A stretch of 64,000 bases of DNA, taken from the sequence record MN850577.1. The stretch is one strand, 5' to 3'. This document shows, one piece after another, positions 25,490 through 35,808 of the stretch (its first letter is position 1; every line of letters starts with the position of its first letter). The notes beneath the pieces were generated by a model. It had not been told where the DNA came from and made no database searches. It saw only the letters and a program-made list of their open reading frames with translations. The position numbers were made by a program, and so were the translations under genes. The stretch is from Escherichia phage heid.

Positions 25490-27724
25490 CTAAACACCAC
25501 AACCCTCGCAATAAGCATCTTGCAGTGCAGATTTACCTACACCAATGCGACTGTTAAGGTAGTACATGGTTTTCATACCAACTGAGTTGGCATAAATCAT
25601 GTACTTCAAAGCTTGAGCCAATGATACCTTCTTAGACTTTGCATAGTCAACATAGAAGTCTGAAGAAATAGCTTGACCAGTGAACTTTTGAACAATTGCA
25701 TAACAATCAATCATATCAAAGGTGTCAATATCCCAAGCAATTTCATAAACATACTTCAACTCTTCATAATCTGGAACAATAAACAGTACGTTACCAGTTG
25801 CAGATTTTTTAGTTAAAATAAAGTCACGAATTGGGTACAAGCCATTTGTCGTATTAGTTGCTAGTGAAGAACTCTCATTAGGCATGTAAGCTTCTAATAC
25901 AGAGTTTCGGATTCCACCATTCTCTTTGATACGTTGTGCTAAGTCATCCCAATCATATCTTAGTTTTGCATCATGCTTTTCATCAATCTTCTTGTTAGCT
26001 GTCTTTGGAGGAACCCAGCCTTCAGGATACTTAGTGAACTTCATGTACTCTGGAACACCACGCTCTTTAGCAAGTCTCAGAGAGGCTTCATGCAGATAGT
26101 AAGAGTGCATTTCAGCAAGCTCATGAAGCTTCGTTTTACCTGCTCGTGAAGAGTAGTTCACGTAGTTCTTCGCAAGGTAATGAGCCACATTTGTAAGGCC
26201 AATCCCAACAGAACGACGCTTCTGAACATGGTTACGCATCGACGGATACGGATAATCCATAAGGTCAATAACGGAGTCAACCATTGCAAGAGCATAATAA
26301 GCAACGTCAGCGTATTCATCTTCTGAAATTCTCCCTGCAACCAAACTAGCTAGGAAGCAAAGAGCCACCTCACCATCCTCTTTCACAGCATCATCTCTGT
26401 AAAGGTCTGTCTCTTTCTCAAAACCATACACTGGCAACACAATTTCCATACAAAGATTTGACATCTTCAATGACTCTTTAAATGGTGTATGCGTGTTTGC
26501 ATTGTTAGTGAAGAATGGATACACACGACCTGTAGCATAACGCTGTTGAATAAACAGCTTAGCAATTTCACGAGCCTTTACTCGTCTGTGCTTAACTCCT
26601 GAATGTACTGCGTGACCAACTGCCATAGCAAACTCATCAGCAGATGCTGTGTAGAACATGTCATAGAGTTTTGGTGCATCTTTGTAAGAGAATAGCAACC
26701 AATCTGTATCATACTGAACACACTGCCAGAAATAATCGTTTGTGCCGAATGAGTAGTCCATCTCATTAATACGTTTAGAAGGAACCGTTGTAGGGTGCTT
26801 CAAACGCAGTAAATCTTCAATCTGCGGGTCTAGAGCAGTGTAGAAGTTATTAGCTGAACCACCACGACTCTTCTGTTTGTTTGCCTCTACAGATGAACGT
26901 ACAAGCTTATAATAAGGCAGCTTACCCATGTGTTCAATAGTATTTTGACGGATGCCATCACCAATAGTGCGAGTCTCCATCAGCATCCCAATGCCAGCTT
27001 GCTTTGTGGTCATGTCATAGGCAACCTTTGCAGCAATACCTAGAGATTCAGCAGTATCATTCGCCTTAATCAAACAGCATGACGCATAACCTGATTTAGT
27101 AGCTCTTAAACCATTTAAATAAGGCGTAGGAGCATTAATCTTCAGGTCAGATAGGTAAGTGTACAGCTTGATAACATCTTGCAGTCTACGGTGCTTTGGT
27201 TGCTTCTCAAAGGCTTTCATAGCCATACCCATAAACATAAATTGTGGTGACTCAAAAAGTCTTCCTGTTTTAATATCACGGATACCATACTTGTCTCTGA
27301 ACTGTTTCAAGACTGCATAACCGTAAGAGATATCTTTTGAGTGTACGATGTAACCTTGCAGGTATTCAAGCTCTTCCTGTGAATAATCCATCTTCTCCCA
27401 AAGTCCTGCTCTCTCCATATTTTTAACGAAGGTAACCAGCGTAGGAACCTTAGTAAAGCCTCCAAAGGCTTCTTTGTAGATAATACCCAAAAGCAGTCGT
27501 CCTGCCATATCTGAGTACTCTTGAGTTTGTTTATCAACACAAACATCAATCATGGCTTGGTGCATCTCTTTTGTAGTGCAACCCTCATAGACACGTTTCA
27601 TGGCTTCCATAGTGACTTCTGACCAGATAATCCCACGTTTATCTGCCCATGATGCCCACTTATTCAGTCTTTCTGGGTCAAAGCTTACTACTGTACCGTT
27701 TGATTTTTTAATTGTCTTAATCAT
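25490..27724 (-). CDS. nrdA: Ribonucleotide reductase class Ia alpha subunit
   Basis: 744 aa with N-terminal ATP-cone-like segment and conserved RNR features. Confidence 0.8.
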   Translation of the reverse strand: MIKTIKKSNGTVVSFDPERLNKWASWADKRGIIWSEVTMEAMKRVYEGCTTKEMHQAMIDVCVDKQTQEYSDMAGRLLLGIIYKEAFGGFTKVPTLVTFVKNMERAGLWEKMDYSQEELEYLQGYIVHSKDISYGYAVLKQFRDKYGIRDIKTGRLFESPQFMFMGMAMKAFEKQPKHRRLQDVIKLYTYLSDLKINAPTPYLNGLRATKSGYASCCLIKANDTAESLGIAAKVAYDMTTKQAGIGMLMETRTIGDGIRQNTIEHMGKLPYYKLVRSSVEANKQKSRGGSANNFYTALDPQIEDLLRLKHPTTVPSKRINEMDYSFGTNDYFWQCVQYDTDWLLFSYKDAPKLYDMFYTASADEFAMAVGHAVHSGVKHRRVKAREIAKLFIQQRYATGRVYPFFTNNANTHTPFKESLKMSNLCMEIVLPVYGFEKETDLYRDDAVKEDGEVALCFLASLVAGRISEDEYADVAYYALAMVDSVIDLMDYPYPSMRNHVQKRRSVGIGLTNVAHYLAKNYVNYSSRAGKTKLHELAEMHSYYLHEASLRLAKERGVPEYMKFTKYPEGWVPPKTANKKIDEKHDAKLRYDWDDLAQRIKENGGIRNSVLEAYMPNESSSLATNTTNGLYPIRDFILTKKSATGNVLFIVPDYEELKYVYEIAWDIDTFDMIDCYAIVQKFTGQAISSDFYVDYAKSKKVSLAQALKYMIYANSVGMKTMYYLNSRIGVGKSALQDAYCEGCGV

Positions 27725-27741
27725 TTTTGAATCCTACAGAT

Positions 27742-27765
27742 GAAAAGAGCCTCCGAAGAGGCTCC
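27742..27765 (-). terminator. Intrinsic terminator upstream of nrdA
   Basis: GAGCCTC-CGAA-GAGGCTC hairpin followed on the minus strand by a U-run. Confidence 0.55.
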
Positions 27766-27770
27766 ATAGT

Positions 27771-28106
27771 TTAAATCTTGAAAATTTGCTCATTCTGCCA
27801 CATATCGTAAAACTTATCACTTACTTTTGTGACTGACGAGGTGTGCATACAATTTAGGAACCATGATGGTGCGCTAGCATCCATAATTGTTTCAAGTTTT
27901 TGTGTAACGTTCACATCCATGTCTGCAACAACGTAATTACCTCTCATCTTGCAAACAATTCTTCCAAACAAGATTGCACTTCTACCTCTTCGGTCATCAC
28001 AGTACATGACTGTGTCTCCGTGCTTAACATCTTGTCCGATACTATCAACACCTAACTTAGCACCTGAGATAATGTCATCATAAGATAGCTTTTTTGCTTT
28101 AGACAC
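27771..28106 (-). CDS. Hypothetical protein (111 aa)
   Basis: ORF. Confidence 0.4.
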   Translation of the reverse strand: MSKAKKLSYDDIISGAKLGVDSIGQDVKHGDTVMYCDDRRGRSAILFGRIVCKMRGNYVVADMDVNVTQKLETIMDASAPSWFLNCMHTSSVTKVSDKFYDMWQNEQIFKI

Positions 28107-28431
28107 GGTATTTCTCCAAGTTTCTTTTCAGATACAACCAGCCATAGTCAGTCCTTTCTACGCCCATAAAGAGTGGAGCCATCACAACTTTACCAAAAGT
28201 GTTTCTGTGTTGGCAGATTTCAAAAGAATACTCTTTCTCAATATCAATACCGTATTTGTACAGGACTGCTTTTAAAACTTGTTCATTGTCCAGAAGTGTA
28301 TCTGGAGTCTCACCATATTTTTCTAGTAACGGGTCATTCATAAACACCGTCATAGAAATATTGTAGTTTGAGAAGTGGCTCAGAAGAGCCACACCCTCTT
28401 TATTAATGTTCTGTGAATCCATTATAACCAA
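28099..28431 (-). CDS. Hypothetical protein (110 aa)
   Basis: ORF. Confidence 0.4.
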   Translation of the reverse strand: MVIMDSQNINKEGVALLSHFSNYNISMTVFMNDPLLEKYGETPDTLLDNEQVLKAVLYKYGIDIEKEYSFEICQHRNTFGKVVMAPLFMGVERTDYGWLYLKRNLEKYRV

Positions 28432-29158
28432 CCCCTTTTAACCAGCACTTCAGGTTATTAGCATCATAATTCAGTTTCGGGTATGAGGTTACATGGAACT
28501 GCTCACCATCATAGTAGACAATATCTGCAATCCATAGTCCGTTCTCTTTACAGAAGTCTTTATCTGCTTTAGAGGTAATTGGATTAACTTCTACAAAACC
28601 ATCTACACCCAAATCCTTTAAGCTACCTACAATACCTTTGCAGATAACGCATGTCTCAGATACTACCACAAAAAGTTCTTGGCTTTCAAGTTCTACAATG
28701 TATTCACCAAGCTGTACTTTAGGGAGATTTGATTGCTTCATAATCTTCCCATCGGCTGCACGAACAATAGCATACCACTCTTTACCATCAACTACTGACA
28801 TTCTGATAATACACTCTTGACCAGTACGCTTTTCAATGTCTGCAAGACGTTTTAAAGCTTCTTCATAGTTATCTGTGTACTTCAGGTCATTATTATGGCA
28901 AACAGCTTTCATAGCACCGTTATGGTCATGTTGTGACAGATAAATCAAACCGTCAAGAACATATTGCAAATCTGCCTGAGCATCCAGTGTCTCAATGGGG
29001 TCTTTCTCTTCAATTGCTTTTACAAGCTCTTTTGCTTCTTCAAGCATACACAGAGATTGAGATTTTAAAGATTCCCAATACTCATCACTGTAAGGTTGCT
29101 TTTGAGTGTTTCCACAACGAAGGTTCCAGTTTTTTACTGATTCTCTTGAGTTAAACAT
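28403..29158 (-). CDS. Protein with MazG-like nucleotide pyrophosphohydrolase N-terminal segment (251 aa), tentative
   Basis: EEAKELVKAIEE ... ETLDAQADLQYVLDGL resembles the MazG EExxE / E(L/I)GD helix motifs. Confidence 0.3.
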   Translation of the reverse strand: MFNSRESVKNWNLRCGNTQKQPYSDEYWESLKSQSLCMLEEAKELVKAIEEKDPIETLDAQADLQYVLDGLIYLSQHDHNGAMKAVCHNNDLKYTDNYEEALKRLADIEKRTGQECIIRMSVVDGKEWYAIVRAADGKIMKQSNLPKVQLGEYIVELESQELFVVVSETCVICKGIVGSLKDLGVDGFVEVNPITSKADKDFCKENGLWIADIVYYDGEQFHVTSYPKLNYDANNLKCWLKGVGYNGFTEH

Positions 29159-29397
29159 TCGGACTCCTTAAAATATTTGTTAACCTTTAGCTCTCGTGTT
29201 TCAATATATTCTAGATGTTCACGTAGCTCTTGACGTTTAAGCATTAGGTGCTGCATTTGAGACTCAACAGCTTCAACTTCTTTAATTATTGACTCTCTAG
29301 CATTTGCAAGGATGCGCTCAAGTTCTTCAATCTTGCTGTCAACTTTTGCTACATGACTCACAGCTTTACTTTTGTTAAACATTTTATTCTCTCTCAA
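29134..29397 (-). CDS. Hypothetical coiled-coil protein (87 aa)
   Basis: ORF. Confidence 0.4.
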   Translation of the reverse strand: MRENKMFNKSKAVSHVAKVDSKIEELERILANARESIIKEVEAVESQMQHLMLKRQELREHLEYIETRELKVNKYFKESECLTQENQ

Positions 29398-29403
29398 TAG
29401 TTA

Positions 29404-29901
29404 TCAAGCACAATTTGCTTTCATTACCTTATGGATTCTTTTTTCAGCATCTTCATAAGTTTCTTTAGTGATAAACTTAATTGCTGCAATATTGGCATTG
29501 TAGAAGAGTCTGAGCTTAGAGTCAATCCTTTTTGTCATTACATCGAATTTATGTTGAAGGTTTGCTTCACCATAGACTAGGCCACCTTTTGTGTAGTAGG
29601 TCTGAATAATGTAAAAGTCAAAAAATTCTTTTCCAAAACTCTCAATATCTTTTTTAATATACTCAGAAGAAGTCTCATAAGTCATCCAATCACTTTCCTT
29701 AGTGACTATCTTCTTCCGAGTCTTCCCAGCAACTTTTCTTTTGGTCACACTGTTAAACTGTTTCTTTCCGATATAATATTGTCCAGTCTTCTTACAGTGC
29801 ACTAAATAGACAAAGCCAAAATGTTTAGTGGGGTCAACTTCCCCACATAAAGATACCCAATGACCGTAGGTAGGGCAATTGCCAAATCCTTTAATCTTCA
29901 T
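29404..29901 (-). CDS. GIY-YIG-like endonuclease (165 aa), tentative
   Basis: FVYLVHCKKTGQYYIGKK matches the (G)IY-x10-YIG spacing. Confidence 0.35.
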   Translation of the reverse strand: MKIKGFGNCPTYGHWVSLCGEVDPTKHFGFVYLVHCKKTGQYYIGKKQFNSVTKRKVAGKTRKKIVTKESDWMTYETSSEYIKKDIESFGKEFFDFYIIQTYYTKGGLVYGEANLQHKFDVMTKRIDSKLRLFYNANIAAIKFITKETYEDAEKRIHKVMKANCA

Positions 29902-30422
29902 TCATAAGCTTCTCCGTGATTTGAAAACTCTTTATGTAGTTCTTCTCTTTTCTTTGTGACTGCATCTTTGGCATCTTCAATACTGTCAAAATACCCCAGA
30001 AAGTGAGATACTCCGTGTGTCATAACTCTGGCCTTCCATTTTTGGTTAGCCTTATAGAAAGATACACCCTTAACTCCAGATGTGTTGTTGGAGTGTGTTC
30101 TTCTATTCCAAGAGTTTTCAGCTTGTGTGCAAACCCTTAGATTTAATCTCCGATTATCATTAGTAATACCGTTTCGATGGTCTACTCTGTTAGGTAGGAA
30201 ACCGTCTGTGTACAGGATTGCTAAATCATGAGCCATATAGGGTTTTCTTTTAATTTTTATCCTAATATAACCTCGCTTATGTGGTGTACCTGCAATGGAA
30301 CCTATAACTGTTCTTTTAGCTGATTTCTTTATCCACGTAAAGACCCCTGTTTCGGGGTCATAGTGTAGATATTCTTTAAGTATCTGCTGAGTCAACATTT
30401 GGAGTCCAACCATACTTTTCAA
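29898..30422 (-). CDS. HNH homing endonuclease with AP2 DNA-binding domain
   Basis: HNH motif VDHRNGITNDNRRLNLRVCTQAEN; AP2-like GVSFYKANQKWKARV...GYFDSIEDAKDA; paralog of 39990-40502. Confidence 0.65.
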   Translation of the reverse strand: MKSMVGLQMLTQQILKEYLHYDPETGVFTWIKKSAKRTVIGSIAGTPHKRGYIRIKIKRKPYMAHDLAILYTDGFLPNRVDHRNGITNDNRRLNLRVCTQAENSWNRRTHSNNTSGVKGVSFYKANQKWKARVMTHGVSHFLGYFDSIEDAKDAVTKKREELHKEFSNHGEAYE

Positions 30423-31422
30423 ATGAAAAAATATCTGATTTATTTCGCTCTTGATAAGCTAGGAAGAAATGCTGTTCCATTAACTCTAACGGCGTCTTTG
30501 TAACGGTCTGTCCATCCCATGACACATAGGTATAAGAGTCTTTTTTAGCATAAAGTTCATAGATAGCGTCAAGACACTCTTTGTAGGTCTCTTTACCCTC
30601 TAAAGCATTCATCACAGCTACTTTACCAGCACCTTTTAGGCCGAAGTAGTTGTCTGCATTATCTCCAGCAACAGCCTGATAACACAAGAATTTAAAACCT
30701 ACACCAACTGTTTTTGCAGCTTTTGGTTTTGATTTGATAGGGCAATCCCAGATATTACCAACATTATTATCAGCGATAAAAATTAGTGGTGATTTTTCAT
30801 AAGTCATATCAATACAATAAGTCCCTTCAGCTTGTCGAAGGTCTTTGTCAATACTCATAAGAGCAGCTTTCTTACCCATCTTTTCAGCTTTAGCAATTAC
30901 GATTGAATCGGCTTCGAAGCCTCCCCTTAAGAGTTTGAACTCTGGTCTTGACAGAAGATATTCACGACAAGCAACTAAGTGTGTTGGTGTGACAGCATCT
31001 TTACGGTTACCTTGATATTGGTGCTCAAGACCTTTAATGTCTTTATGTTTATGCACACCTTTCTCTGTTAAGTAACCTACCCAAGTTCTCTCTTTACCAA
31101 CAACCTTAAGCCATTCCTGAAGAACCTGTTGAGTAGCCATGATAGCTTCTTTTTCACTCTTAGCTTCTTTCCAAGTCTGTCTTTCCCATTCATCTTCATC
31201 AAATGTCAGGCCAAGTTCTTCCACAAGGATTCTCTGGTCTGCTAACCATCTTGCAGCATCTTTCGCATTATCAAATGGTTCAGATTCTTCTGCTGTGAGT
31301 TTATTGACATATTTATATTTTGCTTTCTCAACTACACAAGCACCTTTATAGGCAATACTGTCAGAGTCAATAAAAACATGTGTAACTGAATCGGGAAGTT
31401 TTGTTAATGTGTACTTCTCCAT
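30376..31422 (-). CDS. FEN-family 5'-3' exonuclease / flap endonuclease (RNase H-like)
   Basis: N-terminal VFIDSDSIAYKGA and H3TH-like AGDNADNYFGLKGAGKVA. Confidence 0.55.
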   Translation of the reverse strand: MEKYTLTKLPDSVTHVFIDSDSIAYKGACVVEKAKYKYVNKLTAEESEPFDNAKDAARWLADQRILVEELGLTFDEDEWERQTWKEAKSEKEAIMATQQVLQEWLKVVGKERTWVGYLTEKGVHKHKDIKGLEHQYQGNRKDAVTPTHLVACREYLLSRPEFKLLRGGFEADSIVIAKAEKMGKKAALMSIDKDLRQAEGTYCIDMTYEKSPLIFIADNNVGNIWDCPIKSKPKAAKTVGVGFKFLCYQAVAGDNADNYFGLKGAGKVAVMNALEGKETYKECLDAIYELYAKKDSYTYVSWDGQTVTKTPLELMEQHFFLAYQERNKSDIFSFEKYGWTPNVDSADT

Positions 31423-31484
31423 TATGGCTCTCCATATGAAAAAGCCCCATACTAAGTACAGGGCTTTAAAGTAACTTTTAGAGA

Positions 31485-32342
31485 TTAGTCTTCTGTATCG
31501 AAGTCTTCATCTTCTTCGTCATCTGGGTCTGGTAAATCTTCATCATCACCATCATCAGAAGCATTCGAAGGTTTATGGTCTGTTGCGTCTTCTTCAGTGA
31601 TTTCACCGTTATCTTCAACACCATCAAGACCAAGCATAGCCAGTTCATCTTCATCCAGTTCAGGCTCACCATTAGCACCGTTACCACCAGTGTAAGGTAC
31701 AAGAGTGTCAATGATAAACTGTTCCTGAATAGGTTTTGTCAGAACATTGTTCTCAAAAGTGTAGAAGTGAGTAGAAAGAATCACACTACCAAAAGAACCG
31801 TTGCCAACTGCAATATCTGGATGAATTACATCATAGTTCTTGTCATCTTCATGTTTATCAGATGCTTGAGCTTTGATTTTCTTCATCGGCTGCTTAACAG
31901 CTACACGCTTACCATTTACTTCTTCAATCAGCATTACAGGGAATGACTGTTTAGCTGTCCATACAGCACCATCTTTATAAGCTGCTGCACGACTTACTTT
32001 CAAGATGTAGTAAGTGTCTGCTTCAAAAGGTGGTTTACAACCAAACTTCTCTTCGAAGTCATCTGCATCAACTGCTTCAGTAGTAACTTTATCCCAGCCT
32101 TCTGGATTTTTCTTAGACTTAGTAAACTCTTTAAACAGTTTGTTACCGTCTTCTGCCAGAATTGATACGCTGTAGTTACAATCTTTTCCTGGGAATTTCT
32201 TATCAATAGACTTACCTTTTCCCGGACGTGGTGAAGTGTTCAGGTAATAAAACCAGACATCTTTCAGCAGGTAACGCAGAGTTTGACGTTCAGTACCGTT
32301 GTACTTCTCTACCGGAGCTTTCATTTTAACAACTTTAGACAT
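31485..32342 (-). CDS. Single-stranded DNA-binding protein with acidic C-terminal tail
   Basis: C-terminus DDGDDEDLPDPDDEEDEDFDTED; position in the replication module. Confidence 0.5.
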   Translation of the reverse strand: MSKVVKMKAPVEKYNGTERQTLRYLLKDVWFYYLNTSPRPGKGKSIDKKFPGKDCNYSVSILAEDGNKLFKEFTKSKKNPEGWDKVTTEAVDADDFEEKFGCKPPFEADTYYILKVSRAAAYKDGAVWTAKQSFPVMLIEEVNGKRVAVKQPMKKIKAQASDKHEDDKNYDVIHPDIAVGNGSFGSVILSTHFYTFENNVLTKPIQEQFIIDTLVPYTGGNGANGEPELDEDELAMLGLDGVEDNGEITEEDATDHKPSNASDDGDDEDLPDPDDEEDEDFDTED

Positions 32343-32560
32343 TATTTAAACCTCTATCTCAATTTATGAAGAGTACCAATTCTAATTTGTTGATACTCTA
32401 TTGTCAAATACTAATTACTGGAAGTTGTGCTTATCTTTAGAAGCTGCTTTACGTGCAGTTTTTCCAGTTCTTACACGTTTCTCTTCATAGTATTTTGCTG
32501 GTTTTCCAGCAGTGGCTTTTAAGGAATCCCCAAAAACTTTTTCAAATGCTTTAGAGTGTT

Positions 32561-32854
32561 TCATGATATTCTCCGATATACTTGATATTCAAACACATTT
32601 TCTTTAATTATAAACAGCCAGCTAATATTATGCTGAGGTAGCGCAATGATGACTGTAATCATGCTTTGGTGGAAATCTTCTTTTATCTCAACTTCCCCAT
32701 CGCATTTCATAAGGAGCATTCTATAGAACCTATCAATCTTTGTCAAACACTCTTCCTGAAATTTATTTAAACTTTTTTCTTCAAAGAAGGGTGTGAACCC
32801 CTCTCTTTTATAACTATCACTCAGTTTCGAATGGGCAGTCATCTGCATCCTCAC
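32561..32854 (-). CDS. Hypothetical protein (97 aa)
   Basis: ORF. Confidence 0.35.
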   Translation of the reverse strand: MRMQMTAHSKLSDSYKREGFTPFFEEKSLNKFQEECLTKIDRFYRMLLMKCDGEVEIKEDFHQSMITVIIALPQHNISWLFIIKENVFEYQVYRRIS

Positions 32855-34808
32855 TTAATACAGGTGGAATCGTTGAGCTTTGACGATGCTCTTCAGTATA
32901 AACTTCACCAGTCTCACGGTCAAACACTTCATCCTCATAATGTGGTAAAGAGTCATCGTAATGGTCTTCAGCTTCACCAATACCAAACTGTTGGCGAATA
33001 TTTTCTGCTGCACCATCAATGTCAACTCCGCAACCAGATGCTTTGATGAGGCGTCCTGTATCTGGATTGTACCAAGTATGACCAGCAATACCCGTTGACT
33101 TACCGTGACGGCGACATTTAGTTAGCTTGATTTTTGTCAAGTTTTTCTTAACAGGGTCTGGGTCAACCTTGTTACGCATTAACAGAATGTTGTTCATAGA
33201 AATCTGGAAATACGCACCAGAGCCTTTAATATCCTCTTCAGAGATATCCCCACCTTCAGAGTTAGCCTTCTGACCACCTGCACTCTTACGAACGTGACAG
33301 ACGTTTACCTGTGCATACTGGTAGCGTTTGCAACGACGCAATAGTTCAGACAATACTTCCTCTTCATCCGTATCAGAACGTGACAGAGCCAACGTAATAG
33401 GGTCAAGAATAATAATCTTACAGTCTAAACTATTAACAAGATAGTCAACAAACTCCAGCAGGTTATCTTGGTCAATTGCCCCTTGATGGTCAACGATATG
33501 GATACGACGACCTTTAGATAGTTCTGCGTGTGCTTCCTTTAATTCATCCCAATCACGTTCGTCATAAGGAATCTCGGAAATCTGCTTGCTCAGGTGGATT
33601 GCACAGAGCATCTCCATCAACTCTTCATAGGTATCTTCTACAGGAATTACACCGATATTATAATCAGTTTCTTTCCAAGCTGAGTAAATCATCTCACGAG
33701 TGTAAGCTGACTTACCTACTGAAGATGGTGCTGCAATAGTTGTAATCTCACCTAGACCATAACCACCATAAGTCAGCCTGTTCAAATCTCCGAAAGATTC
33801 TGGGAAAGGAATCAATGGAATCTGACCACGATTCTTCATTGCCTCAAAACCATCTGCAAAGTTCTTGATACCAGCAGGACAGTAACGAGGTGCATTGTAG
33901 ATACGCTGCTTAAATCCTTCCAGAACTGTATCTTTCTCTTTATAGAACTTTGTCCACCACTCGTTAAGGTCTTTTACGCCTTCTGGATACTGGAATAAGC
34001 GAACCTTCTCAATAGGTAGGATACCAGCAGCCTCTTTGGTAGCTTTAGCACCTGCTTCATCGTTATCAAAGCACAAGTAAATCTCATCAAATGATGTGAT
34101 GTACTGATAGTTGTCTTTGATAGACTTAATGTTTGCACCTGATGGAACAGATACGTGACAGTAATTCTTACGACGAGACTTGTCCTTAATCGCAAGAGAA
34201 GTCATATAGATTGCTGTCGCACATTCCATCTCACCTTCCCAGATGAATAGACGGTTACCACCTTCTGGAGCAATCCATGAACCGAACATTGCTAGTTCAC
34301 CTTTAATGTCTCCAACACCACCAGAAAAGTCTTTTAGCTTACCACGTAGGTGCTCTTTTGGATGGTCTTCTGGGTAACGGTGACGAACACGGTAGCCAAC
34401 ATGTTCTAGCTTACCATCTTCATTACGTTTGTAAGTTGGATAGAAGTGCGCATCAATTTCACCGTCACTGTCAATGTCAACCTTGATACCTAAGCGTTCA
34501 AGGACTTTTGCAGGAATCTTCCTATCCTTTAAGTCCATTGCTTCAAGGTTTTCTTTTACATCGTCTAAATCCATTCCACGGAAAGTACGGTTTTTATTGT
34601 CTGAACCAGTAGAATAAGTGCTCACGATTTGTCCTTTATCAAAATCCCACTCTGGGAAACCTTTGTTACAACTAAAGCAAGTCATTGAATAAGAATCATC
34701 GTCATGATGATAGATTGAACCAGCATCTGATGAACCACAACGTGGACATGCGCAATGACCAACAAACTGACCAGCCTCTTTCAATTTACGACCTTTAGAC
34801 ATTAGCAC
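32817..34808 (-). CDS. Bifunctional DNA primase/helicase (T7 gp4-like)
   Basis: N-terminal zinc ribbon CPRCGSSD...CFSCNKG, TOPRIM-like middle, DnaB-type P-loop AAPSSVGKSAY. Confidence 0.75.
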   Translation of the reverse strand: MLMSKGRKLKEAGQFVGHCACPRCGSSDAGSIYHHDDDSYSMTCFSCNKGFPEWDFDKGQIVSTYSTGSDNKNRTFRGMDLDDVKENLEAMDLKDRKIPAKVLERLGIKVDIDSDGEIDAHFYPTYKRNEDGKLEHVGYRVRHRYPEDHPKEHLRGKLKDFSGGVGDIKGELAMFGSWIAPEGGNRLFIWEGEMECATAIYMTSLAIKDKSRRKNYCHVSVPSGANIKSIKDNYQYITSFDEIYLCFDNDEAGAKATKEAAGILPIEKVRLFQYPEGVKDLNEWWTKFYKEKDTVLEGFKQRIYNAPRYCPAGIKNFADGFEAMKNRGQIPLIPFPESFGDLNRLTYGGYGLGEITTIAAPSSVGKSAYTREMIYSAWKETDYNIGVIPVEDTYEELMEMLCAIHLSKQISEIPYDERDWDELKEAHAELSKGRRIHIVDHQGAIDQDNLLEFVDYLVNSLDCKIIILDPITLALSRSDTDEEEVLSELLRRCKRYQYAQVNVCHVRKSAGGQKANSEGGDISEEDIKGSGAYFQISMNNILLMRNKVDPDPVKKNLTKIKLTKCRRHGKSTGIAGHTWYNPDTGRLIKASGCGVDIDGAAENIRQQFGIGEAEDHYDDSLPHYEDEVFDRETGEVYTEEHRQSSTIPPVLSEDADDCPFETE

Positions 34809-34995
34809 CTCTTCGTTGTAGTTCTGCCTTCAATCCATTTTCAATCTTGTCCAGTTCATGAATTTCATCTGCAATCTCTTTCCTTCGTGATTCAACTCTC
34901 TTAAGACGTTCAATCATTACCTCATTGGAAAGAGATGAGAGTTCCACTAAACGGTGGTCAATAACTTTAAAATTGTCTTTTACTCTCATCTTCAT
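34795..34995 (-). CDS. Hypothetical coiled-coil protein (66 aa)
   Basis: ORF. Confidence 0.35.
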   Translation of the reverse strand: MKMRVKDNFKVIDHRLVELSSLSNEVMIERLKRVESRRKEIADEIHELDKIENGLKAELQRRGANV

Positions 34996-35003
34996 TCTCT
35001 CTT

Positions 35004-35747
35004 TTAAACTTTAATGATGGCTCTTAGCTTGTTCTCAAGGTCTGCAAGAGTACCATTATTATGAATAATGTCACGCTCATATTTTGTAGAAATCCCATTT
35101 TCTGAAACATGTGATGAAACTTTGTCCACATTGTCTCTTTTTACTTCAATAGTTTGGTGTGCAAATCTACTCAGCCATTCAGCTTCAGAGTCAAATCTTA
35201 AATCACTGATTAAGACAAAACCATATTGGTTTCTAAGTGAGCACATTTCATGGAATCTAACCATTCTTTTTTCAAGGTCTTTAGACCAGAACTTGTCGCC
35301 CATTACTTTACGGACAACTTCAGTACCCCAAATCTGTTGAATTTGTCTTGATGAGAATTTATACTTTTTACTAAACCCCAGACGTGTCAATAGAGTCGGT
35401 TTAGCAACCTTCTTAAGCTCCATGATTAATCGTCCGGTTAACTCTGACATAAGCTTGAAGTCCATATGGTAACGTTCATCTCTGAAGGTGAACTCCATAG
35501 CTTCCGTAACTTTAAACATCAGTTCAGAGTATGATAAGTCAAAAACCTGTGGAGTCTCTTTAGTTTCACCGCACAGGTCATTCCAAGTCAAGTCAAATAT
35601 CTTTGATGCAGATAGTTTAAGGTTGTCTGCAAAGGCCATTACAGCAACATTGTAGCCATACTCATCCTCTAAGATGTTCTTCACAATAGAACATGAGGTG
35701 TCTTTTCCAGAACGTGCCTTTCCAGTAAATGCGATAATATTACTCAT
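35004..35747 (-). CDS. Deoxynucleoside monophosphate kinase-like P-loop protein
   Basis: P-loop GKARSGKDT at the N-terminus. Confidence 0.55.
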   Translation of the reverse strand: MSNIIAFTGKARSGKDTSCSIVKNILEDEYGYNVAVMAFADNLKLSASKIFDLTWNDLCGETKETPQVFDLSYSELMFKVTEAMEFTFRDERYHMDFKLMSELTGRLIMELKKVAKPTLLTRLGFSKKYKFSSRQIQQIWGTEVVRKVMGDKFWSKDLEKRMVRFHEMCSLRNQYGFVLISDLRFDSEAEWLSRFAHQTIEVKRDNVDKVSSHVSENGISTKYERDIIHNNGTLADLENKLRAIIKV

Positions 35748-35765
35748 TTTATCTCCCTTAATTAC

Positions 35766-35790
35766 TAAAAAGCCCCCAACTAAGGAGGCT
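35766..35790 (-). terminator. Terminator-like hairpin (imperfect)
   Basis: AGCCCCC...GGAGGCT hairpin with A-run on plus. Confidence 0.35.
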
Positions 35791-35808
35791 TGTAAGATTT
35801 ATAAAGAC

